Shown: in pieces, positions 25,301 through 37,300 of the stretch
How the letters are laid out: each line of letters opens with the position of its first letter
How positions within the stretch are numbered: the first letter of the stretch is position 1
Assembly: GCA_977030845.1 (NCBI GenBank)
Contig: OZ365111.1
Location: 9,982,001 to 10,046,000, forward strand
Reading direction: 5' to 3'
Source of the DNA: Fimbriosthenelais zetlandica
Lineage: Eukaryota
DNA: 64,000 bases
Notes under the pieces: model-generated
What the model saw: only the letters and a program-made list of their open reading frames with translations
What the model was told of the DNA's origin: nothing
Databases searched by the model: none
Made by a program: the position numbers and the translations under genes

Positions 25301-28300
25301 GCAAAAAACACAAAACCATTCCTGTGTTGGATTTTCTCCTTAAGCTCATAGCTCCAAAAGGAATCACAAAATCAATGCTCGTTTAACATTACACTTCTGT
25401 GGCTGGAATGAGCCAGAGAAATTCACTGGATATTTGCATTAACTTTTCCTGCTTGTGAGTCAGTGAAGTGACACTATTAGGGAGCAAAGTGAAGTGTCCT
25501 TCTTAGGAGGGAGAAGGGCTACATTGGCAGCTATCAGTGGATCCATCTATTATGTCATTGGATCAATCACCTTAGTAATGACCTTCTCCAGGTTACCACT
25601 GGCCAGTGTCTGAATGGAATCCATGGTGATTCTATATGTGTTAGCAAATCAATACATCTGCCTCACTGCTGATATAGAGTTAGAGCACTATCATTGGTGA
25701 ACATTCCCAGCCTGAATGTTTTGTGAAATATGTAGCATGAATCATATATAGGATACAGCCATTTAGCGCGCCATTGTGACTCGACTTTTTCCCATAAATA
25801 CTCAGTGTGTGGCTCCATAAAAACAAGGCATTCGTTTTTTAGTGCCTATAATGTTATGTTATGTACAACATTTTCCTCCCAGGGGAAATATAACCCACAA
25901 AGTGTGAAAGACCTCTGGAAATACCCATTGCGTGCGTTTCAATTGATGGAATCAGTGACCATGTGGTTGAAATGGTCCATTTCTATGTATAAATTTACAC
26001 AGCTAAACACTACAGGTTTTAGGATTTATAAGGCTGCATTACAAACCTGATAGATAACAATACTGCTGGGTGAAACACTGACTTCTGTTTGCCACTGATG
26101 CGTTTAGTATCAAAGCAAATTTACTGACATATATTGCTGACATTTATGCATAAATATAACAATACCCTTTCTCCTCCCAGTACATGCCTATGATATAGGT
26201 ACAGGAAAAGGCTTTACCCGAGAGAAATAGGATTCCCATATATATGACGACCTTCAACTGCTTAGTTGTTATTATGCAGTGCCCGGAATAAGATACATTC
26301 CTATACAACATTCCAATACTAATACTGTTTCTGGGTGTAGGTCTTGGGAGTATAATAAATCAGGGTGGTCTAGAGAAGGCTTATCCTGTTTTGGATGCTA
26401 AGCCATCTTCACTTAGTGGATGCAGATCACTACTGAAGCCCCATACCAAGCCAGACCCTTTCTCCATTTCAACAAATCCCTGCATGCAACCCAAATAAAA
26501 TTATGATATGGAATTACTCCATTAAATTAGTAATATATACCTCAATAGCTAAACCTATGACCTTGGATCGATGCTTGTTCAAAAATTATGCCAGATATTA
26601 TGATGAATTGGACTTGTATGTCGTACGGAATTTACAAAAGTGACATGACATATCCAGTTCACAATGTCGCTACATGAAGGTCCCGTGAAATGATGACCAT
26701 CATATATACATCTGTTGGTAGACATAATGATGTTTTTCCTCAAGGAATTGTGTGGTGAACTTGCAGTGCTACTTAAGCCATTGATCCTTGCTCAGCTCAG
26801 GCTCTAGGATATACAAGGAGGATGCTTCGTGTTTTGCATAGAATCTATTCCAGCCATCGGACGCTGTGTCCAGTTTTACATCTTTTTAGCACTGGAGGAT
26901 AAGCCTTCTTTTCCCTCCTCCTTCTATTGACCCCCCAAGTGTCTCATTGGTTGGCCGCTAGAGGGCCTCTGTGGCGCCCCCTAATGACAGCATGGTGGAC
27001 GGGGTACACGTCCTCTGGCGGCGGGGCTGCTGCCTTCTAAGGTCCCTAAGGGCACCAGCCCCCAATGGTTAGTGGAGTAGCCTATTGTTTTATTGTGTAC
27101 CTATATATTCCGGACTGGTATATGGGTTGCATTATGGGGTATGGTGTTCTGTTGCCTAAATATGTTTCGCTTGGAAAACACATGATGCTTACAAGAGATG
27201 TTAAATCTTAAATATTATATATATTTTATATCTGGTGATTTCGCGTATAATGAATAGATTTTTTAATCAATATTATAGTTTCCAAAGAAAGTTTTAAAAC
27301 ACTAATTGACAAGTAATATTCCAATTATTTCTACCTTTTTTGCAGATCCGGAAGGTTCTCCAAAACGATCACTTGGTGAATCACATGTGGAAGCAGGAAG
27401 GGTAAGCTCCTTTAAAATGTATTATTTTGATGAAACTGTACAATACTTTTGATACCGATTCACTCCGAAAAATACCACACTCACAGCCAGAACATCTTCT
27501 CCCAATTTACATACATGTATTACCCGTATGCAGTATAGGCATATTTTCATTGACAGTTTTTAACCCCAAAAATGTTAAAAAATCTTCATAACAAACATGG
27601 TTTCAGGAGAGTGAAGATGAACAAATGGATGGAGCAGTAAGATACTTTGTTATATGTGTTACCTCCTCTTTGTTTCCCACCTTCCACCTGTATATACTGT
27701 CTATAGTGTTGTGTGTCTCTTCTATTGCTTCGACTGTTCATAGATGCTTTGCATCTACATGGCAGTCAATTTTTCAAAACAATTATCTAATTATCATTGA
27801 TAAATATCTTCTTTTTGATTCGTTGTTCTTTCCTTCCTTCCTTACCTCCTCTTATACATCCTTCCTTCCTTCCCTTCTACAAAATATTCTGTCAACAAAC
27901 CCACTACATTTTAACTAAATTCTCTTTTGTATCCTAATATTTTATACCCAATTTTGTTCAATAACAGTCTTGTATAGTATTCTATCCTTTATTTCCCCCC
28001 AGAAACACAATCCGATCATGTCTACCGAGATCCACCCATGCTAACTGATGCTTTTCTTTTGGTATACAACCTGCTGTATGATAGTCAAAATCAATACATT
28101 TAAAAAAGATAAAAACCATCCATATTATATTATTCAATGATGCAAATTACCCTGGGGGAAGTCCAACTCCCCCGATCCGCAATTTACAATCTGTATCTTG
28201 GCAATTATGGCCGCCAAACCACATGTGATCGTTTTTAGTGCCGGTGAAAACCTCCCATTCAAATGTATTTTAATCATTTCTGGCAGGGTTGTTCAAAACT

Positions 28301-31300
28301 ATGCCAGGCCATTTGATCCTGTTACTTCCGATAAAAGATATTTATAAGACATTGCTTCACATCCTTCTCCTTACCAATCACTTAGTGAGCTTAATCTAGA
28401 TTTTGGATGATATAAGAATTTAAGATGGCGATGCAATATCATGCCATGCAAGCGTCAATTCTTGTAAATATGTAATTATTTCTCGCCTAATGGAACATGA
28501 TTAATATGAAACTTTAGCTACTAAAGTTCTGTGCATGGCGAAAAGTGGCTGAAATAGGGGATGAAATAACACCGCATGTCAATTTCTTGATGGACTGTCT
28601 TCAGATTTGCGAATAGTGGAGGATCAAAAGGGGTTGTGGGGAAGGGCGGGGGGGGGGGGGGGGGGGGGTGCTGTTCTTGGAAGATGTATCTTGGAAGTCT
28701 TCAATCTTGTCCCATTTCTTCCAACTCGCCACATATTTTAATTTGACTTCCTTCATGTATATGGATATTGATATTCTATCAATGTGTCTAATATTGAATC
28801 TGTCAGGATCGACTCCTTTACCCTGAAGCAGTCAGGCTAGACCTGGTACTATAGGGCAGGGTGGGTTCGATCAAGTCATGCTAGACAATTAATGGGCCCG
28901 CCTGTCTGTGTAGATAAAGCCTGCTCTGACTGGAGTTACTCTTTGTTCATATTTATGAGCAGTTCTTGCTGAGAGCGGCCACCCGTCCATCTCATGCCGG
29001 GGCTCTGGATCTGATAAACGGTCTCCATTCACGAGAACAGGACCGTGAAACGGTAGATTAACTATTATACTAGCCCATAATCAACTGGGCCATTGAATAA
29101 TAACGATACAAAATAAAACAAAGTTTAACCACTATGAGTAGACCATGTATCTACAGTAAGCATGTTTAAAACTAATGATGATTATAATTATTTATTTTAT
29201 ATTTATTTGCCTTTTGATAGTATTTACCTGTAGATGAATTTTTATACCCAGTTTTAATCTTCCTAATTTGGTGCATTTCTTTGGCATTGATATAATGTAT
29301 AATTAACTTAATCAATTTGTTACCATTTGTTGTATTTTCTTTTATCCTGTCCCTCCCTCTTAATGCAACGCGTTGTGCACCTCTTACCTCAACCTAACTT
29401 TTTTTCACTCATTTTTAATTTTGCTCCTCACGGTCATTTAACGCATTTTTTGATTTTCATCTTTTGATTTATTCTCATCATTAAATCTTACTTAACTGTG
29501 GTCCACACTAAAATGTAATGCAATGCGTTATTATATATGCGATTGGGTAACACTGGTATTTCGTTGTAAATAACTGGTATTCGGTATTAAATAACAAAAA
29601 TAACAACAATGGATAAATAATCATTTTAAACACAAAAACGCATCCGGCTGCTTCCCCTTCCTTCTATATTTGGGTAACACACCCCACATCCCATCCTGAT
29701 TCCCAAACCTTCACTTAATCCAATATCACTTACCCCTTAACTTTGACCCGTCAACGACCTTAACCCCTCATCCTGACCTTAGGCTCAACTCATGTCAGTG
29801 ATTCGAGGCGTTGAGACCGAGGCTGATGATGATGTGGACATGAGACGTACCTCGGCGCCTCCAGGGGGCGTGGTGGGTGGCAGAATGGGGAGACTAGGAG
29901 GAAGTCATGCCATGTTCAATGTAACAACTGAATTAGCTAAAAAGGTAAAATGAAAAGTAATCTATATTTCACTGCCTCACAGAGATTATTCACCGAACAC
30001 TGAATCAATTCTAGCTGAGAAATTGCCGATTGGACAAATATCCATTCAATCCATCCATAGTACTATATGAATGCAGGATAATTTGCCAGTTTATTTAAAG
30101 TGAGAACACTAGTAGTATTGCCGGTAACACTAGTATGATTAGGCCTATATACATCAGAGGGCGCCACTGGCAGTGTGAGTGACGTCATTGAACCCCCAGA
30201 TCTACAGATGTTTTCATGAAATATCTGGCTAAATATTCTATATTTTTCACCAAATTTATTTCAAGATAAATAATTTTTTTTGTTTCTAAAACCCAACATG
30301 ATGCTAGTGTGTTTTCCCCCTTTAAAATGGAGACCTGGAACCCTTCTGGATGCTACTCATGTGTGCTTTAGTTGTCAGAATGTGTACTGATCTTTATGGA
30401 TGTGTATTGAGCATCATCCCGCATGATCAACTCCCTGATTATATTCTACAGCCACAAGATGATAGTCCCCCTACTATGACACACTGCTCTAATTGGCCTC
30501 CAAAACTTAACCCAATTAAAAGATTAATTAGTCTGAAACAATTAACGTCATGCTGGCAGAGGGCCACTCTATAGTTTAAATTTTAGGCAGATCCTGATAC
30601 TACTCAGTCTTGAAGTATTCAGATTCCGAGCAGATTCCTATTGAGTCAGTGAGGTGGGGGAAGGAATTCTCTTCCACACAACAAACTTCATGGCTAATTA
30701 CCTTGGACAAAGCCAAGCCTGAAAGCTGTAATTTCTCTTCGTTCTCTATTGACTTGAAACTTTTCGGGCCTCAACCATGGAGAGGAAAAACAACTTTAGT
30801 TACCATGGTTGTTGGAAACCATTAGAAGTCTCCCGGGTGTGAGGAAGGGCCATGAGAAATACCATTGTGGATTCATATGCAATTTATACTATTGCGGCAG
30901 CCATCCAGTACAAGGATGTAAAGCTATATGCTGGCACACATACATTATATAGATCTACAGAGATGGCCATGAAAAGTGGACGCTATGGAACATGTTTGAG
31001 TGGACGAAGCCCAGACTCTTGTGTATATATAACTCTCCAGTCTAAAAATACTAGCGGCTATTTGCAGGATATATTTGTAGGATCTAGGGACCATGTATCC
31101 GACAAGAAATGATAGCCTTAATGGTGCTAATCATGAGGGACGTTGGTGACTGGTGTCAATTGTAACTTTTTACTTTAATTGGATCTCCCTCTTCCNNNNN
31201 NNNNNNNNNNNNNNNNNNNNNNNNNNNNNNNNNNNNNNNNNNNNNNNNNNNNNNNNNNNNNNNNNNNNNNNNNNNNNNNNNNNNNNNNNNNNNNNNNNNN

Positions 31301-34300
31301 NNNNNNNNNNNNNNNNNNNNNNNNNNNNNNNNNNNNNNNNNNNNNNNNNNNNNNNNNNNNNNNNNNNNNNNNNNNNTCCCTCTCTCCTTAGCCTCTCCCT
31401 CCTTCTCCCCTTAGCCTCTCCCTCCCTGTCTCCCTCCCCTCTCTTCATGCTCTCTCCCTCCACTTGTATCTCCCACTCCTCACTTCCTTTGGTTATAAGG
31501 CACCACTAAAGGTATCAACATGGCTATAAAGGGAGTAAAGTAGGATTTGTCTTGTTTTTATCTCATCCCTTCACTGAGCTGGCTATTTGAGGCTGGAGAG
31601 GTTTGGGAGTAAAAGGACAATGGTTATGGCCCTGGGTCTGTCGGGAAAGAGAAGGTTAACAGCCACTCATAAGGCCAGCCTCAGAGAAGAGCGCCATAAC
31701 AAATGGAAACATTCAGTAAAGAGAATATTTACAAAAACTAGCTCCTCTACGATCATCGATGTTAAAACAAATAAGATGAAACAGGGTATTTGTTATTTAC
31801 GATCGATGAAAGCGTCAGTGCAGAGCATCCTAAAATAGAATGTGATGAATAAGTGGAATCTTACCAATAAAACGATGCTTCCATAATGGCGCTTTGGAAA
31901 TAGCTGATACATTACATGGATCGCTCTGAGCCATTCATAATTTTTTTTTAAATCACTCGATTTCTTGCCGAATTCTCATTCCTCATTCAAGTGAACTATG
32001 ACTTCATTTGAACTTTAATGGCCTTGAAATGCAAGAAATAAAAGTGATAATTATAGAGATAAAATTGGATATTCGTCCAGGAAAATCACAATGGCATTTG
32101 GACATCAGATTTTGAGATAAAACATGAAGATCTGGAAGTTACCCACCCTTGAACGCCGCCAATATGGATCCATTGGTCGGTCTGCTCATTCTGGTGGTTC
32201 CAAAATCAGGAGGCTCTTTTCGTACCCCTCCAAAACTCGGTGGATGAAGGTGAGAGCCGAATGCATCCCATGAGGTCAATCCGATTTTCCCAATATTTTT
32301 GGGGAAAGTTCCCTGTCACTCCCCGTGAATTGATACATGTATTTTCCAGTAATTTTATGGACCAATATATTTCAGCTGTCCTAATATATAAGCCTCGAGA
32401 TAAAGCCTGACCCGGGAGCATGTGTCACTATGTAGTGTTATATATATACATATTCCCAGTTAGATAAGATAACGGATCTGACGCTTCCCGGTACACGTCT
32501 AAGTCCCAGTCTTGTTTGGGAAGTCGATCATTCTGTGTGATTACTTTTGACGACTAAGGGAGGCCCTCCTGAATTATATCTTCGTTTAATATTAGTGTGG
32601 CAGATCCTAATAATGGACGTGAGTAGGCCTACATCATATTGAATCCATCTCAACTTCTTTCAGAAGGAATATGCACTACATTAGCCATTATACTTACCAT
32701 CGGTTGATCTAGTGCTTCTACATTATCAAATAGAAGCTGTTTATGCAGAAACTAAACCATTGAGCCCCTGATATCTGGGACGTACACTTCCTCAAATCAG
32801 TTACTAAGTATTCCTAGGCTGATATCGATATTCAGTTTTGAACTTTTCGCATAATATTACATACATTTTCAGTGATATCTTTATTGGACGTTTATACAAA
32901 ACATTTTCCAAAAGTTGAGTTTTAGTTCAGCTGTGATTCATCAGACTATTATTCGATTAACCAAAGATTTTTCATTACTGGTTCATAACTAATTTTAAGG
33001 CAGACAGCTGGGGTACAATATGGCATGTTTCCCAACCACTTCATCATCATGTAGTTTACCATTGGTGATGCTCACATAAGTGAAGACTCATATGGGTGTG
33101 CCCTCGATAATATCTGGAAGTGACCAAAACAAGGATATTATAATTATGATTATCAAAGGATATCCATTCAAAACTCAAAGCATTTTAACCAGTCATAAAA
33201 CTAATATTATGGTGGCTATATTGCTTGGCAGTTAGCCAGGCTGAGTGTATGTCCGTGTTTGTGTGTGTTAACTTTATAGTTGAATCAGACCTCTTATTTC
33301 ATGCCAGGGATTTTCAATAGCTATTGTCATTCTTAAGTTGATAAAGTATCCTCAACTCAGGCGAAGATTACAATTGTTCTTCACTGTTCTCAGTATTCTT
33401 TGGCCGATAAATTCTTTTTTTTAGTCCGAACAGATAAAGTTATAATTCTTAAATCTATGTACAAGATTCTTTGAATTTGTATGAATGTGTTTTAGAATGC
33501 AGGTACCCATTATGATTATAATAGCCCATTATTTCTTGCATAGGGGCCTACATATACCTACATATTTTGACCTTGTTATGAGACTTTTTCTTATTTCATA
33601 TTTTTGTCATTTCAGTTTGAGTCTAATCGTGAGCCAGAAGAGAAAAAATCTCGTAGTTCATTCCGAGATGTGGAGGATATCTCAGGGCGAAAGGTAACAA
33701 AGCATAATTTGGCCATTTTTAATGCCAAATTTCAACATTTTTGTAGTGACATTTTCTATTCTCAGTGTGTCTTCAGCACAACCCTTACCTTCGTGTGTAT
33801 TGTGTGCCTCATCATGTGCACCCCACAGTGAAAGCTACTGTTTTATATTTCTTCTTATAATTTAGTTTGAGAGTTTCTAATCGCTATTAAAACCTTCGCT
33901 GTGCACTCGTTTTGTACATATACATTATATTCTCTATGATTTAATATCTTTTATTGCTATCTTGTCTGGTCTTGAACACCAATCTCCCATGTTTTAACAC
34001 ATTCAGCCTGATGCACTGCATGACCCTGTTGATGACCTTGACCTCCAGTCTTCGCCTAGTGACCTTGACTTTGACCTTCACCATGATCATGATCATGAAC
34101 CACCCTCCTCACCTACGTTCAGCCCTTCATTGCATGATGAACTGATGCATGTATTTGATAATAAATACACAGGAAGTTCGCTTCAAACTAAATCTAAAAG
34201 CGACTACGACGACGACGACGACGACGCCGACCAAAAGGTCAAATCTCACCTTGATTCAACCTCTGAGCCGGAAAGAAGTCCCCATGAAAGTGACGTAGAA

Positions 34301-37300
34301 GAAAATGAAGAAGAAGAAAAAGAAATAGAAACTGAAGAGGTTGATGAGTTTTACGAAGATGATCCCGATTACAGTTTATCTGACAGCGGGAGGGAATTTT
34401 CTTATCAAGTCAATGAAGTTTCGGAGGAGGGTGAAGAATCGCTTGATCCTATAGAAGCACCTTCGAGAAGCCGAGAAACCAGTGTTTCAGATGAAATTCA
34501 GGAATCTGATGAAAAAGGTCTAGATGAAACAGAAGCAGGAGAGAGCATCCACGATGAGGAGGAGGAGGATGATGGACTAGGTGCAGTAAGCCCCGCCTTG
34601 AGTCCTGAAGTCTTTACAGAAGAGCGGGAAATACTGTCTGATGGGGAAACCTTTGATAACTCTACAGTAAACGAGTCGAGATCAGCTAAGGAGGCGGGCG
34701 GCGAAGAGATCAAGGTTTGTAATAGACTAGGAACCAAGGTGCTAAGGTTTTTGTTAGAGTTCAGGTGCTGGCTCATCCATTTGCAACTCCATCCCTCATT
34801 AACTTCTTAATATTACTAACACTTTCTGCTTATAGACATAATGTTGATTCCTAGCACACCCTATCATTAACCAATGATTTGTTTTCTCTTTTAATCAATT
34901 TCATTGAACGATTGATCCTTATTTGATATATCAATTATTGTCAGTTCACTAAATCTTGTATGATTATATCATGTTTAGCAGATATATATAGGCTTATGAG
35001 ATAGGTAATAATTAATCTTTCATTGATTTGTCATATGACCTGGCCTAGATATTGGAGACTTCCTGATGGTTTGGATGGTTTTGGATTTGCATCAACATTG
35101 CATTTTTTGGTTTTCTGGTGTGGCTCTTTTATTGGGTGTCGGTTTCCATCATGCTATGGGATACATTGTTATTCCCTTCAGTAATATGAAACTTTGGGTA
35201 TGCCATCTCTTTGCTTTATATTTTTGCTTCCTATTTCCACTAGATTATTGTCCAAATGGGACTTTTCTCATTCATATTAGACAAGGAGACCTATGTGGAC
35301 ATGTTTATGATAATTATTTAATTTCAGTGAATATCAATGTCATCCTCGGTGAAAATTGTATATATATTATTTGTGCCTGGGCTTTACTCGATCTGTCATA
35401 TAAATGGTCCTTTGCATGTGTGGACGTTTTCACTTCTCTCTGGGAAGTAGTGCTTCAACTCTTCGATCCCCATCTCCGGCTACTGCCATCTAGTGTTTAC
35501 CGTGGAAACCATAGGAGAACCTGTCCTCCTGTGTGTTTCCATACAAGAATGGAGATTTCCACATCGTAGGTCACTATGAGGACCTATTAAATCTATTTTT
35601 CTTGGAAGGAATGATAAAAGATCTTCACTGTATGTGGTATAGGGTGGAGTGGTTGCTCGTCTGATAAGGGTGCACTTGTCAGATTCTCAACCTTGTTTTT
35701 CCAGATGGAGAGTTTGGTTGCTTGCTCTAATATGATAGTATCTTATCAAAACATGATGGTTTAACTGATAATCCTCGATGTTATCAGTGGTCCATATGTA
35801 TGTACATGTATTTAGGATAATTTATAGACAGGAGGTTGAGATTTTGCATATATTACGTGGAGATCCCCATTGTAAAGTATATAATTTGATACATACCTAC
35901 TTCTGCCTACCTGCATAATTATGCATAAAGGCAGAATAACCCAGAATATTGTTATCGTTGGTCCAATGCATGTGCTGTTAGCATAACTAGACCTATAAAG
36001 ATTAGTGAATTTCCATTAGATTGCCATCTACATAATATTCAGAAGTATTTCTGATACATGTAATATAACCTGTGGTGGCAATGACACTAAATCTACCGTA
36101 GCTTATGACCCTGTAGACATTTATTGAAAGGGTCAAGATAGTTGGCATATATTAGGCTTCCAATTATGAATTATACATAATATAAGGTTTTGGCCATGCC
36201 TCTAAATGTCCTTCTAAGATAATGAAAATTCCCCCTGCCCCAGAGAAATGGCAACCTGAAAAGTAAACGCTTATTGTAGATTATTATCTACATTCAGACA
36301 GGTATGCCATGAATTGTGGATGTTACTGTGCAATATGACAACCGCCTGTTGCACTTTCTCCAGCTACTTGTTTGTCACTGATGGCTCCTTTCCATGACAA
36401 CAGATGTTAGCAGGCTGGAGAATATGCCTCCACACATAACATAACTCCATAAGTCCACCACACTCTCTCCAACTCAGACCTTTGGACTAACACCAATTGT
36501 TTATTTTGAGTGATTCAGAGGAAATCGTGGGAACGAAAGAACACTTGAAACATTCTGTCCATATGATGTCTCTTTGTTTTACACTGTATCCCTCAGTGAT
36601 CTTGTATGCCCTCCAATTTATCAGAAATCTATATATCAACATGTGACCAAGTTTAAACCATATGTACGGTACTTTGGGGGCTTTTGAACTTGGATACATT
36701 AACCATGGAGTGGCGTTAAGTCACCATTCATTCATTCATGGATTCATGCATTCATTCATTCATTCATTCATTCATTTTATTTATTCATTCATTCAGTCAT
36801 TCATTCATATACCATGAACTCCCACACGTACACAATGTGTAAGCCTTTTTCCAAAATATATATTAGAATTTCGCCATCTGTTTTCAAAAAGTCTATAAAA
36901 GTTTCGAAAGCCAAAATTCAAGCTTGGCTTTAAAAAATATTTTTACACATATTCTGGCATGTCTCCTTACATATCCATACACACCGTGCCATGTAAACTG
37001 GCCAGAGACCTGGATGCTGGAAGGAAACATGTTTACTTTTCTATCTTAATGGGTGTGTATGCCTTCCATACACGTGTAACACATGTCCCGGTGTCTTTTT
37101 TTATATGTCAATCACAGTTAGGATGCTTTTTGATTATATCATCCATTAATTACAAGCTAATTAAAGAATTTGCCCAATTATCGTTAGAGACATCACTCAT
37201 GAAAATTGTCAGGTACCTTTAATTAACCTCTTTTCTTGAGCAGCCATGTCCTGCTAACACTTGGTAACCAGCTGGCGTGGCACCGATGCTTGTAAAATTC

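Noticed and set aside
28648-28668. Functional G-quadruplex
   Set aside because: An isolated intronic homopolymer of uncertain length, with no supporting context.
35066-35569. 167-aa ORF as a gene or exon
   Set aside because: No recognisable domain or usable splice phases, and the composition is atypical (Cys/aromatic-rich). The opposite strand has faint Penelope-like RT traces too weak to call.
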